A stretch of 64,000 nt of DNA, taken from the sequence record PP579741.1; one strand, written 5' to 3'. This document shows, piece after piece, positions 1 to 9,706 of the stretch. Made by a program: the position numbers and the translations under genes. How positions within the stretch are numbered: position 1 is the first letter of the stretch; every line of letters begins with the position of its first letter. The DNA is from Enterobacter phage KKP_3711. The notes under the pieces were generated by a model. The model saw only the letters and a list, made by a program, of their open reading frames with translations. It did no database searches and was not told the origin of the DNA.

Positions 1-653
1 TAGATATTCCAATTGGTTCCTTCACTGGTTCCTTCGAAGTTACCGGTTCTCTGAGTGCATATATGAATGACAAATCTATGGGTTCTGCGGAACTTTATCA
101 GGATCTGTTAACTACTTTGAAATCTGTTAACAAATTCGAACTGTCAATCGTATTAGGTGGTGAATATGATGTTGAGCGTCCAGCAGCTATCCTTACTGCT
201 AAACAAGCTCACATGAATATTCCTTCTATCGAAACTGATGATGTACTTGGCACTACAGTTGAGTTTAAGGCTATTCCTACCGAACTGGATGCAGGTGATG
301 AAGCATTCTTGGGCTTCAGTCCTAAATATACTAAAACCACTATCAACAACTTCATCGTTAATGGTGATGGTGCAGAAGCAGTTAATGTTCCAGTAACTGG
401 TGTAACAGTTGCTCCTAAAACTGCAACTTTAGCTCCAGGTGCTACTCAACAGTTAACTCCAACTATTGCCCCAACTAATGCAACTAATAAGTCTGTAACT
501 TACTCTTCCTCTGCTAATGCAGTGGCAACTGTAAACTCTAGCGGTCTTGTTACTGTAGCACCTGCGGCAACAGATGGTCAAACAGCAACTATCACAGTAA
601 CTACTGCTGACGGTTCTAAGACCGATACTTTTGTAGTGACTGTACGAGTATAA
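1..653 (+). CDS. tail tube protein, C-terminal part (pb6-like); partial at the window edge
   Basis: The reading frame is open from position 3 with no upstream stop, so the gene starts outside the window. The C-terminal ~90 aa form a Big_2-type Ig-like domain (VTGVTVAPKTATLAPGATQQLTPTIAP...TATITVTTADGSKTDTFVVTV). Its position upstream of the chaperones and the tape-measure gene fits the T5 tail module. Confidence 0.5.
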   Translation, partial: DIPIGSFTGSFEVTGSLSAYMNDKSMGSAELYQDLLTTLKSVNKFELSIVLGGEYDVERPAAILTAKQAHMNIPSIETDDVLGTTVEFKAIPTELDAGDEAFLGFSPKYTKTTINNFIVNGDGAEAVNVPVTGVTVAPKTATLAPGATQQLTPTIAPTNATNKSVTYSSSANAVATVNSSGLVTVAPAATDGQTATITVTTADGSKTDTFVVTVRV

Positions 654-662
654 GGGACTTAA

Positions 663-1556
663 ATGCGTTACTCTTTACTGCGAGAGTCTAGAGTAGTGAT
701 TCATTATGACGGCAGGGCGTACGAATTTGACGCCCTGTCAAATGTGAGCGCCGGAATAGACTATCAAGAATACAAAACAACACGTAAAACATTACATAAG
801 CGTAGAAACTACCCTTTATCTAAAGTGGTATCTAAAAATCCTTCCGATATTTCTTTAGCTGTTAACTTAACAGATAATCAACTGGAAATCAATTTTTTCC
901 GTTGGTTAGGTCTACAGGAATACGGAGCACATATAATGTATCTTCCAGATGTATCGGAATTAACTCCGGTAGTATTTGATATGTACATTATTACTAAAGG
1001 ATCTATTCTTCGTTGTAAACACTGTTTTGTATCTGCTGTGGATTTTACACTAGAGAAAGCTGTACCTTTGTTAAATATTGCAATTGAAGGTGCAGATGTT
1101 GTCGAAGTGTATGATTACCCTGATACTGGTTCTCTAATGCAAGGTAATATCCTTACATACAGCCCGTTAAGAGTGAACATTAATAATAATGAGATGCCTG
1201 CACTAATTGGTGCTGGTATTTCTTTCCAACAGCAGTGCAATTGGAGAGAACAACGAACTATTCATGACATAGGTAGAATATACACACATAAAACAGCCAT
1301 TGTCAGCGAAATGAATGCTTCAGCTACTATTAACTTCAACTTTGCCAATAGGTTTAGTAGAAGTACAATGATAGAAGATGTTCCTCTATATAGTGTGCCA
1401 GTGGCACTTTTTAATAGACATATATCTATTAATTTTCCTAATTCCAAAATAACTAAACGCCTAAGTGTTGCTGATGTTTATTCCATCTCTTTTGATGTTA
1501 CTCCTATAGAAGAGAGTGAAGAACCAGTAACAATTCAATTCTTCGGAGAGAATTAA
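663..1556 (+). CDS. tail-associated hypothetical protein (297 aa)
   Basis: Long ORF placed tightly between the tail tube gene and the chaperone ORFs. No motif is recognisable. Confidence 0.45.
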   Translation: MRYSLLRESRVVIHYDGRAYEFDALSNVSAGIDYQEYKTTRKTLHKRRNYPLSKVVSKNPSDISLAVNLTDNQLEINFFRWLGLQEYGAHIMYLPDVSELTPVVFDMYIITKGSILRCKHCFVSAVDFTLEKAVPLLNIAIEGADVVEVYDYPDTGSLMQGNILTYSPLRVNINNNEMPALIGAGISFQQQCNWREQRTIHDIGRIYTHKTAIVSEMNASATINFNFANRFSRSTMIEDVPLYSVPVALFNRHISINFPNSKITKRLSVADVYSISFDVTPIEESEEPVTIQFFGEN

Positions 1557-1558
1557 TA

Positions 1559-1963
1559 ATGTTAAATTTAAAAGATATTGCAATTGATACCAAAGAAGTA
1601 GAAGTTTCCTTCCCTGGTTTTGATACCTTCAAAGTTCGTATTAAGTATGTAAGTCGTGCAGCTTCTAAGAAATTGCTTGAAGATTCAGAAGTTAAAGAAT
1701 TTAAAAACGGTACTCTGATTAATATCCGCCGTGACGAGGATAAATTCTCTAACCTGTTCTCACAGCACTGTATTACTGGTTGGTCTGGTCTAACTCTAGA
1801 TATCGTTAGCCATCTTATTCTGGTTGATATTGGTGATCGAGATCCTTCTGCTGAAGTTCCTTACTCTTCTGATAACGCAGCTATGCTGTTGAAGAATAGT
1901 GTAGCATTTAACCGCTTCATTGATGAAACTGTGTTCGACTTAGAAACGTTTCGTACAAAATAA
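1559..1963 (+). CDS. tail assembly chaperone candidate (G-like), 134 aa
   Basis: Small ORF immediately upstream of the tape-measure gene, where the chaperone pair normally sits. It ends in AAA-UAA. Confidence 0.4.
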   Translation: MLNLKDIAIDTKEVEVSFPGFDTFKVRIKYVSRAASKKLLEDSEVKEFKNGTLINIRRDEDKFSNLFSQHCITGWSGLTLDIVSHLILVDIGDRDPSAEVPYSSDNAAMLLKNSVAFNRFIDETVFDLETFRTK

Positions 1964-2387
1964 TCGGTTAGCTTTAGAAAAGGCTATTATACGATTTGCA
2001 AAACAAGTTAATAGTCCTGCTGCCTCTAAAATAAATAAGGAGAAATACCTCCTTATTTGTGAGCAGATGGGGCATGAACCTGATCCAGAAGCTATGCCCT
2101 TAGAAATGTCGGATTTTCCTCCTATTGTTTCTTTAGGTATACATTTATTTAACCAATTACGAGATCATTATATTCCTGGGGAAATGCCCATATATTCAGG
2201 TAAAGACCTAACCGCCCTACCGGTTTTATTTGACATATATGAAATAACTTCTCCGATAGAAAAGGAATTTTTGCTTCGAGTAATTAATATCCTAGATACT
2301 GAAGCTGTTACGGCAGCAAGAAATAAGGCTAAAAAAGCTATAAAGCCTAAAGTCTCGGATGTAAAGGGTGGTTCCAGAATTAAGTAA
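1944..2387 (+). CDS. second chaperone-like ORF. It is either a +1 frameshift extension of the preceding ORF (GT-like) or an independent gene starting at ATG 2067
   Basis: Frame 0 is open from 1944 to 2387 and overlaps the last 20 nt of ORF 1559..1963. The first ATG at 2067 has no Shine-Dalgarno sequence. The only good SD (TAAGGAG at 2035) lies 25 nt upstream and is paired in a hairpin with CTCCTTA. Confidence 0.3.
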   Translation, partial: KRFVQNNRLALEKAIIRFAKQVNSPAASKINKEKYLLICEQMGHEPDPEAMPLEMSDFPPIVSLGIHLFNQLRDHYIPGEMPIYSGKDLTALPVLFDIYEITSPIEKEFLLRVINILDTEAVTAARNKAKKAIKPKVSDVKGGSRIK

Positions 2388-2422
2388 TTTCCTCCAAGAT
2401 GGGCGTTCCACGATGAGGGTTT

Positions 2423-2455
2423 GGCTCTGAGTGTAATTGCTCAGAGCCTTTTTTA
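2423..2455 (+). terminator. rho-independent terminator between the chaperone ORFs and the tape-measure gene
   Basis: GGCTCTGAG-N8-CTCAGAGCC hairpin followed by TTTTTTATT. Confidence 0.55.
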
Positions 2456-2477
2456 TTGTCTAAAATACAGGTGAATA

Positions 2478-5400
2478 ATGGATAAGCTAATACGTGAATT
2501 GCTAATTAACGTTAAACAGCAAGGTGCTACTAAAACAACTAAAGCTATTCAAGGTATCGTTGATGCTCTGGAAGATGCAGCTGTTGGCGCTGAACTGGCT
2601 AATGAACAATTAGCTAAAATATCTCCTACGTTAGCCGGAATTGAAAAGAATGCTCGTAAAACAGCAGCTTCAATGGCTGACCTAGGTGCAACAAAAAACC
2701 TGGATAGAATTTCCAAGAGTCTTTCTACAATTGAAGATTACCTTGATGAATTACTTACTACATCTACTGTGGCTTCTGAAAAGATGGCAGCAGGATTTGG
2801 TACTGTAGCAAATGCAGTAAATAAGATGGGTAATAATATTGCAGGTACTGTAGAAAGAACAGAAGATCAATTAATTGGTCTTAATACAACTGTAGGTAGA
2901 ACAGGTAAATCTTTTACTGATACTGCTACTTCTGCAACAAAAGTAACACGTGCGGTAGGTGATACATCAGGTGCTGCTCGTGGTGCAACTAGAGACTTCG
3001 CTTCTTTAGCAAAAATTGGTGGGGGGCTACCAATAATGTATGCTGCTATTGCATCTAACGTGTTCGTTTTGCAATCAGCATTTGAACAGTTCAAGATTGG
3101 TGATCAGCTGAATCGTCTGGAAAGATTCGGTAGCCTAGTTGGTAGTATGACTGGTACTCCAGTTCAATCTCTAGCAGTAGCGTTACAAGGTGCGGTAAAT
3201 GGTGCGATCAGTTTCCAGGAAGCTATGCAACAAGCATCTGTAGCTTCTACTTATGGATTTAACACAAAACAAATTGAACAATTTGGTTTAGTAGCTCGCC
3301 GTGCATCCGCAGTATTGGGTGTTGATATGGTTGACGCTCTTAACCGTGTTATTAAAGGTGTTTCTAAGCAGGAAATTGAACTTCTGGACGAATTAGGTGT
3401 AACTATTCGTTTAAACGATGCTTATGCTAAATACGTACAAGTTCTTAATTCTGCTAATACTGGTATTACCTATAATATTAATACACTGAACACGTATCAG
3501 AAACAGCAAGCTTACGCTAACGCTGTTATTGATGATTCTACTAAAAAGCTAGGTCAATTAGATAGTGCTCTTCGTGCAACAGCATGGGAACAGTTTGCAG
3601 CTAATGCTAACGCAGCATTACGTTCTGTGCAACAAGCAGCGGCTTCTTTCTTAGACCCGGTTATTGAACGCATTAATATCATCATGAACCGTGCTCCTGT
3701 ATTAAACAGAATAGCAGAATCTCAGGCAGCAATTCAGTCTATTCAAACTATGGATTCAAAAAACGTAGGTGCTGTCCTAAACGCTTATAATAATGCCTTT
3801 CAACGTAGTGCTGAGTCAGCCAAGGAAACTATGGCTACTATGCAGCAAGTTCGTGATAATGAAAAGCAAATAGATGAAATCTACAGTAAGCGTCGTAAGA
3901 TGGAAGGTCAAACCGCTAAAGAGTTAGGCTTATCTTGGAGTGCTTACAAAGAGCAGATTACTTCTCTAGTTAGACAGGAAGATCAGTTAAGTGCTGAAAA
4001 CGAGAGATTAAATAAGAACTTAGAAGAATCTTCTAAAAATGCTTTAGCATTTACTAGAGAACAGGATGTTGCTACTAAAAAATTACAGCAGAATAAGACT
4101 TTATGGGATAGTATTACAGATGCCTCAGGTAATGTAAACCCAGATAAATTGACTGCGGCTTTAGATGCAGCAAATGCTACTACAACTTCTATTAAGAATG
4201 ATATACCTGCTATAAATGGTATGTTAGGAGATCAATCTTCTACTCTTAAGAACTCTCAGAAAATTGCAGCTGACCTAGCAGGTGTTATGAACACCGTTAA
4301 GAATAACGCAGCAGCAACTGGTAGATCAGAAGATGAGGTTTTAGCTACTTATGGTCTGCAATACAAGACTATGAAAGAGCTAGAAGCAGCTCAGAAAGGA
4401 TTTAATCAAGTATTTGAAGCTACCAAATCTAACTCTAAGGATGCTCTGGAAGTGCAGCAGAAAATCGCTGATGTTTATGCTCAAACTAGAGATAAGGAGA
4501 AAGCACAAGCTGCTGGTAGAGAATTGGAAGTTCAACAGCTTGATAAGCAACTGAGTAAGTTAAAGCAAGCGCAAGCTGCTGGTGTAGCTTCAAAAGAGAT
4601 TCAGGATGAAATTAATAAACTGGAAACTCAGAAATTAAACATCCAGAACCAGAGTATGGAAGCAGCTAAGAAAACCAAAGATATATCTGACAAAATTGTT
4701 GGTATTGAAGAGCAGATAAAACTGTTAAAAGATACTACCTTAAACTCTGATCAGTATGCTATGGCTAACTTACAGCTTCAACTGCAAATAGAGAAACAGC
4801 GTCAAGCAATTTTAGCAGGTAACGCACAGAAACAACGAGATTATATGCAGTCTAAGTTAAACGAAGCTCAGATCGAACGTCAGATCAATGAGTTAACTTT
4901 CTCTCAGGCTGAGGCTGCTAGTAAGAGACAGCGTGAGCAAGAAATTGCTATGCGTAATGCTACTGGTGAGTATACTTCTCAGGAAAACTTACTAAACCAG
5001 ATTAATAATCTCGAACGTGAACGTGTAGAGCTTATTAAAAACGCTAAAGATGCAAATGTTGCGCTAGATACTAATAGAATCACAGATTTGCAAAATCAAG
5101 TGTTGGTATTAAAGCAGCAATTAAAAACTGAACAAGCAGATAAGAATCGTAACTTCCAAAACCAAACCACTGGTTTATTAGGTGGCACTTATAGCTCTAG
5201 TATGGGTCAATCAGCCGGTATGAAGGAAATGACTGAGTTCATGAATAACCAGCAGGGATATGCACAAGCTATATCTAACCTACAGGCGATTAACTCTGAA
5301 GCTACAGCGGCAGGTCAAAGTCTTGGTAATATGGTTAATGCGATGATGCAGTTTTCCAATGGTTCTCTGGATGCTACCTCTATGGTTGCTGCCGGTATGC

Positions 5401-6134
5401 AAACTATATCTTCTGCTATTCAGTATTCTACCAGCCAACAGATTAGCTCTATTGATGCGGCTATTGCAGCTGAGCAAGCTCGTGATGGTCAATCTGAGGA
5501 ATCTAAAGCTAAGATCAAGAAGTTAGAAGCTGAGAAGATTAAAGTACAGCAAGAATCTGCTAAGAAACAAATTCTTATCCAGACAGCAGTTGCAGTAATG
5601 CAGGCAGCTACCTCTGTACCTTATCCTTGGTCTATTCCTCTGATGATTGCAGCTGCGGCAGCAGGTGCTTTATCTTATGCTCAGGCATCTAGTGCTACTC
5701 CTCAGTTGGATGGTATGTCTGGTGGTTCTGGTACTACTGCTTCTCTAACTCTAGGTAAGCGTGATAATTCTGTAGACGTATCTAGAAATTCTAGTGGCGG
5801 AGAATTATCCTATATTCGTGGTGAATCAGGTGTAGGTAACGCAAATAACTTTGTACCACGTGCAGAAGGTGGTAACATGATCCCAGGAGTTGGTTATATA
5901 ACTGGTGAGAACGGAATAGAAGTTATTACTCCTAGTGTACCATCTAAGGCAGTTCCTGCTGATCAGGTAGGTTCCGCTGGTAAAGGCGGTAGTGCAGTGA
6001 TTCTACAGGTTCAAGCTATGGACGCTAGAAGTTTTGTTGACTTTGCTAATGAAAACAGTGCAGCTCTGCGTGGTGCTGTAGAAATAGCATTAAATGAAAA
6101 TGGAATGTCCTTGGACAACCTAAGTAGACGTTAA
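2478..6134 (+). CDS. tail tape-measure protein (pb2-like), 1218 aa
   Basis: Length matches T5 pb2 (~1219 aa). It has a long coiled-coil and Q/A/K-rich central region, hydrophobic and Gly-rich C-terminal segments, and sits directly upstream of Dit. Confidence 0.85.
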   Translation: MDKLIRELLINVKQQGATKTTKAIQGIVDALEDAAVGAELANEQLAKISPTLAGIEKNARKTAASMADLGATKNLDRISKSLSTIEDYLDELLTTSTVASEKMAAGFGTVANAVNKMGNNIAGTVERTEDQLIGLNTTVGRTGKSFTDTATSATKVTRAVGDTSGAARGATRDFASLAKIGGGLPIMYAAIASNVFVLQSAFEQFKIGDQLNRLERFGSLVGSMTGTPVQSLAVALQGAVNGAISFQEAMQQASVASTYGFNTKQIEQFGLVARRASAVLGVDMVDALNRVIKGVSKQEIELLDELGVTIRLNDAYAKYVQVLNSANTGITYNINTLNTYQKQQAYANAVIDDSTKKLGQLDSALRATAWEQFAANANAALRSVQQAAASFLDPVIERINIIMNRAPVLNRIAESQAAIQSIQTMDSKNVGAVLNAYNNAFQRSAESAKETMATMQQVRDNEKQIDEIYSKRRKMEGQTAKELGLSWSAYKEQITSLVRQEDQLSAENERLNKNLEESSKNALAFTREQDVATKKLQQNKTLWDSITDASGNVNPDKLTAALDAANATTTSIKNDIPAINGMLGDQSSTLKNSQKIAADLAGVMNTVKNNAAATGRSEDEVLATYGLQYKTMKELEAAQKGFNQVFEATKSNSKDALEVQQKIADVYAQTRDKEKAQAAGRELEVQQLDKQLSKLKQAQAAGVASKEIQDEINKLETQKLNIQNQSMEAAKKTKDISDKIVGIEEQIKLLKDTTLNSDQYAMANLQLQLQIEKQRQAILAGNAQKQRDYMQSKLNEAQIERQINELTFSQAEAASKRQREQEIAMRNATGEYTSQENLLNQINNLERERVELIKNAKDANVALDTNRITDLQNQVLVLKQQLKTEQADKNRNFQNQTTGLLGGTYSSSMGQSAGMKEMTEFMNNQQGYAQAISNLQAINSEATAAGQSLGNMVNAMMQFSNGSLDATSMVAAGMQTISSAIQYSTSQQISSIDAAIAAEQARDGQSEESKAKIKKLEAEKIKVQQESAKKQILIQTAVAVMQAATSVPYPWSIPLMIAAAAAGALSYAQASSATPQLDGMSGGSGTTASLTLGKRDNSVDVSRNSSGGELSYIRGESGVGNANNFVPRAEGGNMIPGVGYITGENGIEVITPSVPSKAVPADQVGSAGKGGSAVILQVQAMDARSFVDFANENSAALRGAVEIALNENGMSLDNLSRR

Positions 6135-6139
6135 CAGAA

Positions 6140-6166
6140 GGAGGGCGAAAGCTCTCCTTTTTCTTT
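6140..6166 (+). terminator. rho-independent terminator after the tape-measure gene
   Basis: GGAGGGC-GAAA-GCTCTCC hairpin with a GNRA-type tetraloop, followed by TTTTTCTTT. Confidence 0.55.
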
Positions 6167-6187
6167 ATGTGAGATTAAAAAAGTTTG

Positions 6188-6215
6188 TTGATATATCTTT
6201 TCAATAGTGTATAAT
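6188..6215 (+). promoter_or_regulatory. sigma70-like promoter (TTGATA-N16-TATAAT) upstream of the Dit gene
   Basis: -35 at 6188-6193 and -10 at 6210-6215. A GGAGG SD lies at 6228-6232 and the ATG at 6237. Confidence 0.4.
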
Positions 6216-6236
6216 AATTATATTAACGGAGGTGAC

Positions 6237-6848
6237 ATGAGACTACCTGATCCTTTTACTAACCCGTCTCTTTGCCCTGGTTTCGAAACAGCGGATCTTG
6301 TGGATAATGACCCAATGATACGTGATGAGATGCCAAACGGCAAAGTTCTCGAGGTTAAAAGCTCAGCCCAATATTGGGGCATTAACATAACAATGCCAGA
6401 TTTACTGCCAAAAGAATTCTTCTTTTTGGACGCATTTATTGGCGAATATAAACGTACTGGTGGATACATTGATGTTCTATTGCCTCAATATGAAAATGTT
6501 CATGTTAGAGGTGGGGCAGAGTTACTTACTATTGCTTCAGGACAAAAAGGGTCTACTGTTGTATTAGGTAACTTATCAGCTTTAACAGGTTTACCTGTTG
6601 CTGGTGATATATTCCAGTTATCTACCCATCCTAAAGTTTACAAAATAACAAAAGTTGCCACAACAGCAACAACTATGACGTTATCTTTATACCCTGATTT
6701 ATTTATAACTACTACAGGTGCCGAGAAACCAGTCTTTAACGGGATTCTATTCCAGACTAAGTTAATGAATGGTGATGCTTGGTCTCAGAATATAACTAAT
6801 GATGGTGTGTATACTGGTGTAACGCTTAACCTGAGGGAAGCTCTATGA
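6237..6848 (+). CDS. distal tail protein Dit (pb9-like), 203 aa
   Basis: ATG at 6237 is preceded by GGAGG at a 5-nt spacing. The ORF tool's start at 6207 has no SD. The length matches T5 pb9 (~204 aa) and it sits between the tape-measure and baseplate hub genes. Confidence 0.6.
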   Translation: MRLPDPFTNPSLCPGFETADLVDNDPMIRDEMPNGKVLEVKSSAQYWGINITMPDLLPKEFFFLDAFIGEYKRTGGYIDVLLPQYENVHVRGGAELLTIASGQKGSTVVLGNLSALTGLPVAGDIFQLSTHPKVYKITKVATTATTMTLSLYPDLFITTTGAEKPVFNGILFQTKLMNGDAWSQNITNDGVYTGVTLNLREAL

Positions 6849-9706
6849 AAACTATTTTGCCAGCAGCTCAAACGTATCTGAATACACATACGAAAATTAA
6901 GACTGCTATGCTTATCTCCATGGAATTGCCAGGCTCAGATCCTACAGCATCTACCTTTGCATACTATACTGATTATTTTAGAGATATTACATATAGAGGC
7001 ATTCCTTATCGTGCTGGCAAGATAAAAGTGGTAGGAGCACATAAACAAGATAGACAACTATCTATTGGTACTTTATCCTTTACTATCACAGGTGCTGATG
7101 ATGTAGAAGTTATTAAATTAGTACAACAGGGTGTTTCATTTATTGATAGAAATGTAACAATACTGCAAGCAATCATTGATGACAATGGTGAAATTATGGC
7201 AGTTGATCCTGATACTAATGGACCTATTCAGTTCTTCAGAGGTAAAATTACTTCTGGCGGTATTCGTGATGATGTTACTGCATCTGATGGTGGTAGTTCT
7301 ACAATTACATGGACTTGCTCTAATGCATTTTACGATTTTGAACAAGTAAATGGTAGAGTTACAGATGATGCCTCACATAGAGGTCTAGAAGTTGTTAATG
7401 GAAAACTAGAACCTTCTAACGGGGCTAAAAGGGAAGAGTACAAAGAAGATTATGGATTCTATCACTCAAACCAGTCAGTAAATATTTTAGCTCAGTATCA
7501 AGTTAAAGAACTTAGATACAAAATGAAGTCTAAGAAAAAATTCTTTGGTTTATCAAAAAGTTATTCTCTAGTAGAATACTACGAAACAGTAACTAAAGAA
7601 GTAGATTTAGATTTGAACTTAGCTGCCAAGTATCTTCCAGTAGTTTATGGGGTTCAACAAATACCTGGTATCCCAGTGTTTGCAGACACGGAGAAAGATA
7701 ATCCAAATGTTGTCTACGTTGTATATGCTTTCTGTGAGGGAGAAATTGACGGTTTCTTAGATTTCTATTTTGGTGATAACCCAATGATTTGTGTTAACCA
7801 AGAGGATTCACAAGCAAGAACCTGTTTTGGTACTAAGAAAATAGCAGGTGATACGATGCAACGTATTGCATCTGGACAGCCTAGTACTGCAACTTCTGTT
7901 CACGGACAAGAATATGTATATAATGACGGTAATGGTGATATACGTATTTGGACATATCACGGGAAAAGAGATCAAACAGCAGCACAGGTACTAGTAGATT
8001 TAGCAGCGAAGAAAGGTTTTTATTTACAAAACCAAAATGGTAATGGCCCAGAATACTGGGATTCTAGATATAAACTATTAGATACTGCATATGCTGTTGT
8101 TCGTTTCACTATTACTGAGAACCGTACAGATATTCCTGATTTAGCTGCGGAAGTACAAGGTAAAAAGATCAGAGTTTATAAATCAGACGGTAGTTATGAT
8201 GCAAGTAAAACTTCTCTTAACCCAATCTGGCAAACTCTTGATTACTTAACTTCAGACCTATATGGACCTGGTGTTACTCTTGATCAGTTTACTATGAGTC
8301 AATTGCTGCAAGAAGCAGCAGTACTCAATACTATAGATACTAGCTACCAGATGTCTTGGCAGCCATATTGGCGTTATGTAGGTTGGACTAGTAATGCTAA
8401 TGTTGATTTCCGCCAAATGGTGCAATTAAACACCATAGTAGATACAGCAGATACCGTATTTAAAAACGTACAAGCACTATTAGATGCGTTCAAAGGAGCT
8501 TTAAATAACTTATCTGGAACTTACAGATTAACAGTTGAAAAATATAGTAAGACTCCTAGAAAAATACACTACCTAGATACTACCGGTTCTATTGATCTAC
8601 AAGATACTACAGGCAGAAGTAAATATAACTCTGTCCAAGCATCCTTAATTGATCCTGCACTTATGTGGAAAACTAACAGTGTTACATTCTTTAACTCTGA
8701 ATATAAGAATCAAGATAAAGGGGCGGACAAAAGATTACAATTATCTTTTGCTTATATTACTAACTACTATACTGCCAGAGCATTTGCTGAAAGAGAGTTA
8801 AAGAAATCTCGTTATTCCCGACAGTTAACAATAACTGTTCCTTACTCTTTTATAGGTATTGAGTGTAATGATCCTATTGCATTTACATACCCTAGGTATG
8901 GTTGGGTTGACAAATTCTTTTTAGTAGATTCTGTTGAAAATACCAGAGATGGTAAAATCAATTTAGTTCTACAAGAGTACGCAGAAGATGTGTTTATTAA
9001 CTCTGATCAAGTAGATAACTCTGGTACAGATATACCAAACGTAACAAACTCTGTATTACCTCCTAGAGACTTCAAATATGTTCCTACGCCTGTATCTACA
9101 AGCCAGGATTTTACTACAATAGGTAAAAATGGTGAATTAACATGGTTGCCTTCATTTACGGGTAATGTAATTTACTACACTATTTTACAGTCTGGTAGAC
9201 TAGACCCTTATGTAGTAGATCAACTTACTCAAGATCCTAATGTTCGATTAAAACAGGATATTATGGGTCAGCCAGCAGGACTTTATATATTTGAAATTAG
9301 AGCTGTAGATGTTAACGGTAGACGATCTTCTCCTGTTACTCTTACCGTAGAATTAAATGCTGCTAGAAATTTAGCTCCTGTATCTAACTTTAGAGCATTA
9401 AATGCTTTACCTTCTGACGGCAGTGAGTTTACGGGGCCAGATCTTCTATTAGCATGGGATCCAAACCCCGAAGAAGATTTATTAGAAGGACTTTACTACG
9501 AGCTGGAACTTTCAAACTCAGTAGGTACTATGTTAAGGAGTATAAGAATCGAGAATCAGTGGACATATGATTACTTACTCTTATACAACAAGCAAGATTA
9601 TGCTACTCAAAACAGTGGCAAAATAGGTATTAATAGACGGATAAATGCACGAATTAGGGCAAAAGGTCCTAATGGCGAACAATCCGTAACATGGACAACA
9701 CTTTAA
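6845..9706 (+). CDS. baseplate hub / tail tip protein (pb3-like), 953 aa
   Basis: Size and position match T5 pb3 (~949 aa). Its start overlaps the Dit stop (ATGA). Confidence 0.7.
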   Translation: MKTILPAAQTYLNTHTKIKTAMLISMELPGSDPTASTFAYYTDYFRDITYRGIPYRAGKIKVVGAHKQDRQLSIGTLSFTITGADDVEVIKLVQQGVSFIDRNVTILQAIIDDNGEIMAVDPDTNGPIQFFRGKITSGGIRDDVTASDGGSSTITWTCSNAFYDFEQVNGRVTDDASHRGLEVVNGKLEPSNGAKREEYKEDYGFYHSNQSVNILAQYQVKELRYKMKSKKKFFGLSKSYSLVEYYETVTKEVDLDLNLAAKYLPVVYGVQQIPGIPVFADTEKDNPNVVYVVYAFCEGEIDGFLDFYFGDNPMICVNQEDSQARTCFGTKKIAGDTMQRIASGQPSTATSVHGQEYVYNDGNGDIRIWTYHGKRDQTAAQVLVDLAAKKGFYLQNQNGNGPEYWDSRYKLLDTAYAVVRFTITENRTDIPDLAAEVQGKKIRVYKSDGSYDASKTSLNPIWQTLDYLTSDLYGPGVTLDQFTMSQLLQEAAVLNTIDTSYQMSWQPYWRYVGWTSNANVDFRQMVQLNTIVDTADTVFKNVQALLDAFKGALNNLSGTYRLTVEKYSKTPRKIHYLDTTGSIDLQDTTGRSKYNSVQASLIDPALMWKTNSVTFFNSEYKNQDKGADKRLQLSFAYITNYYTARAFAERELKKSRYSRQLTITVPYSFIGIECNDPIAFTYPRYGWVDKFFLVDSVENTRDGKINLVLQEYAEDVFINSDQVDNSGTDIPNVTNSVLPPRDFKYVPTPVSTSQDFTTIGKNGELTWLPSFTGNVIYYTILQSGRLDPYVVDQLTQDPNVRLKQDIMGQPAGLYIFEIRAVDVNGRRSSPVTLTVELNAARNLAPVSNFRALNALPSDGSEFTGPDLLLAWDPNPEEDLLEGLYYELELSNSVGTMLRSIRIENQWTYDYLLLYNKQDYATQNSGKIGINRRINARIRAKGPNGEQSVTWTTL

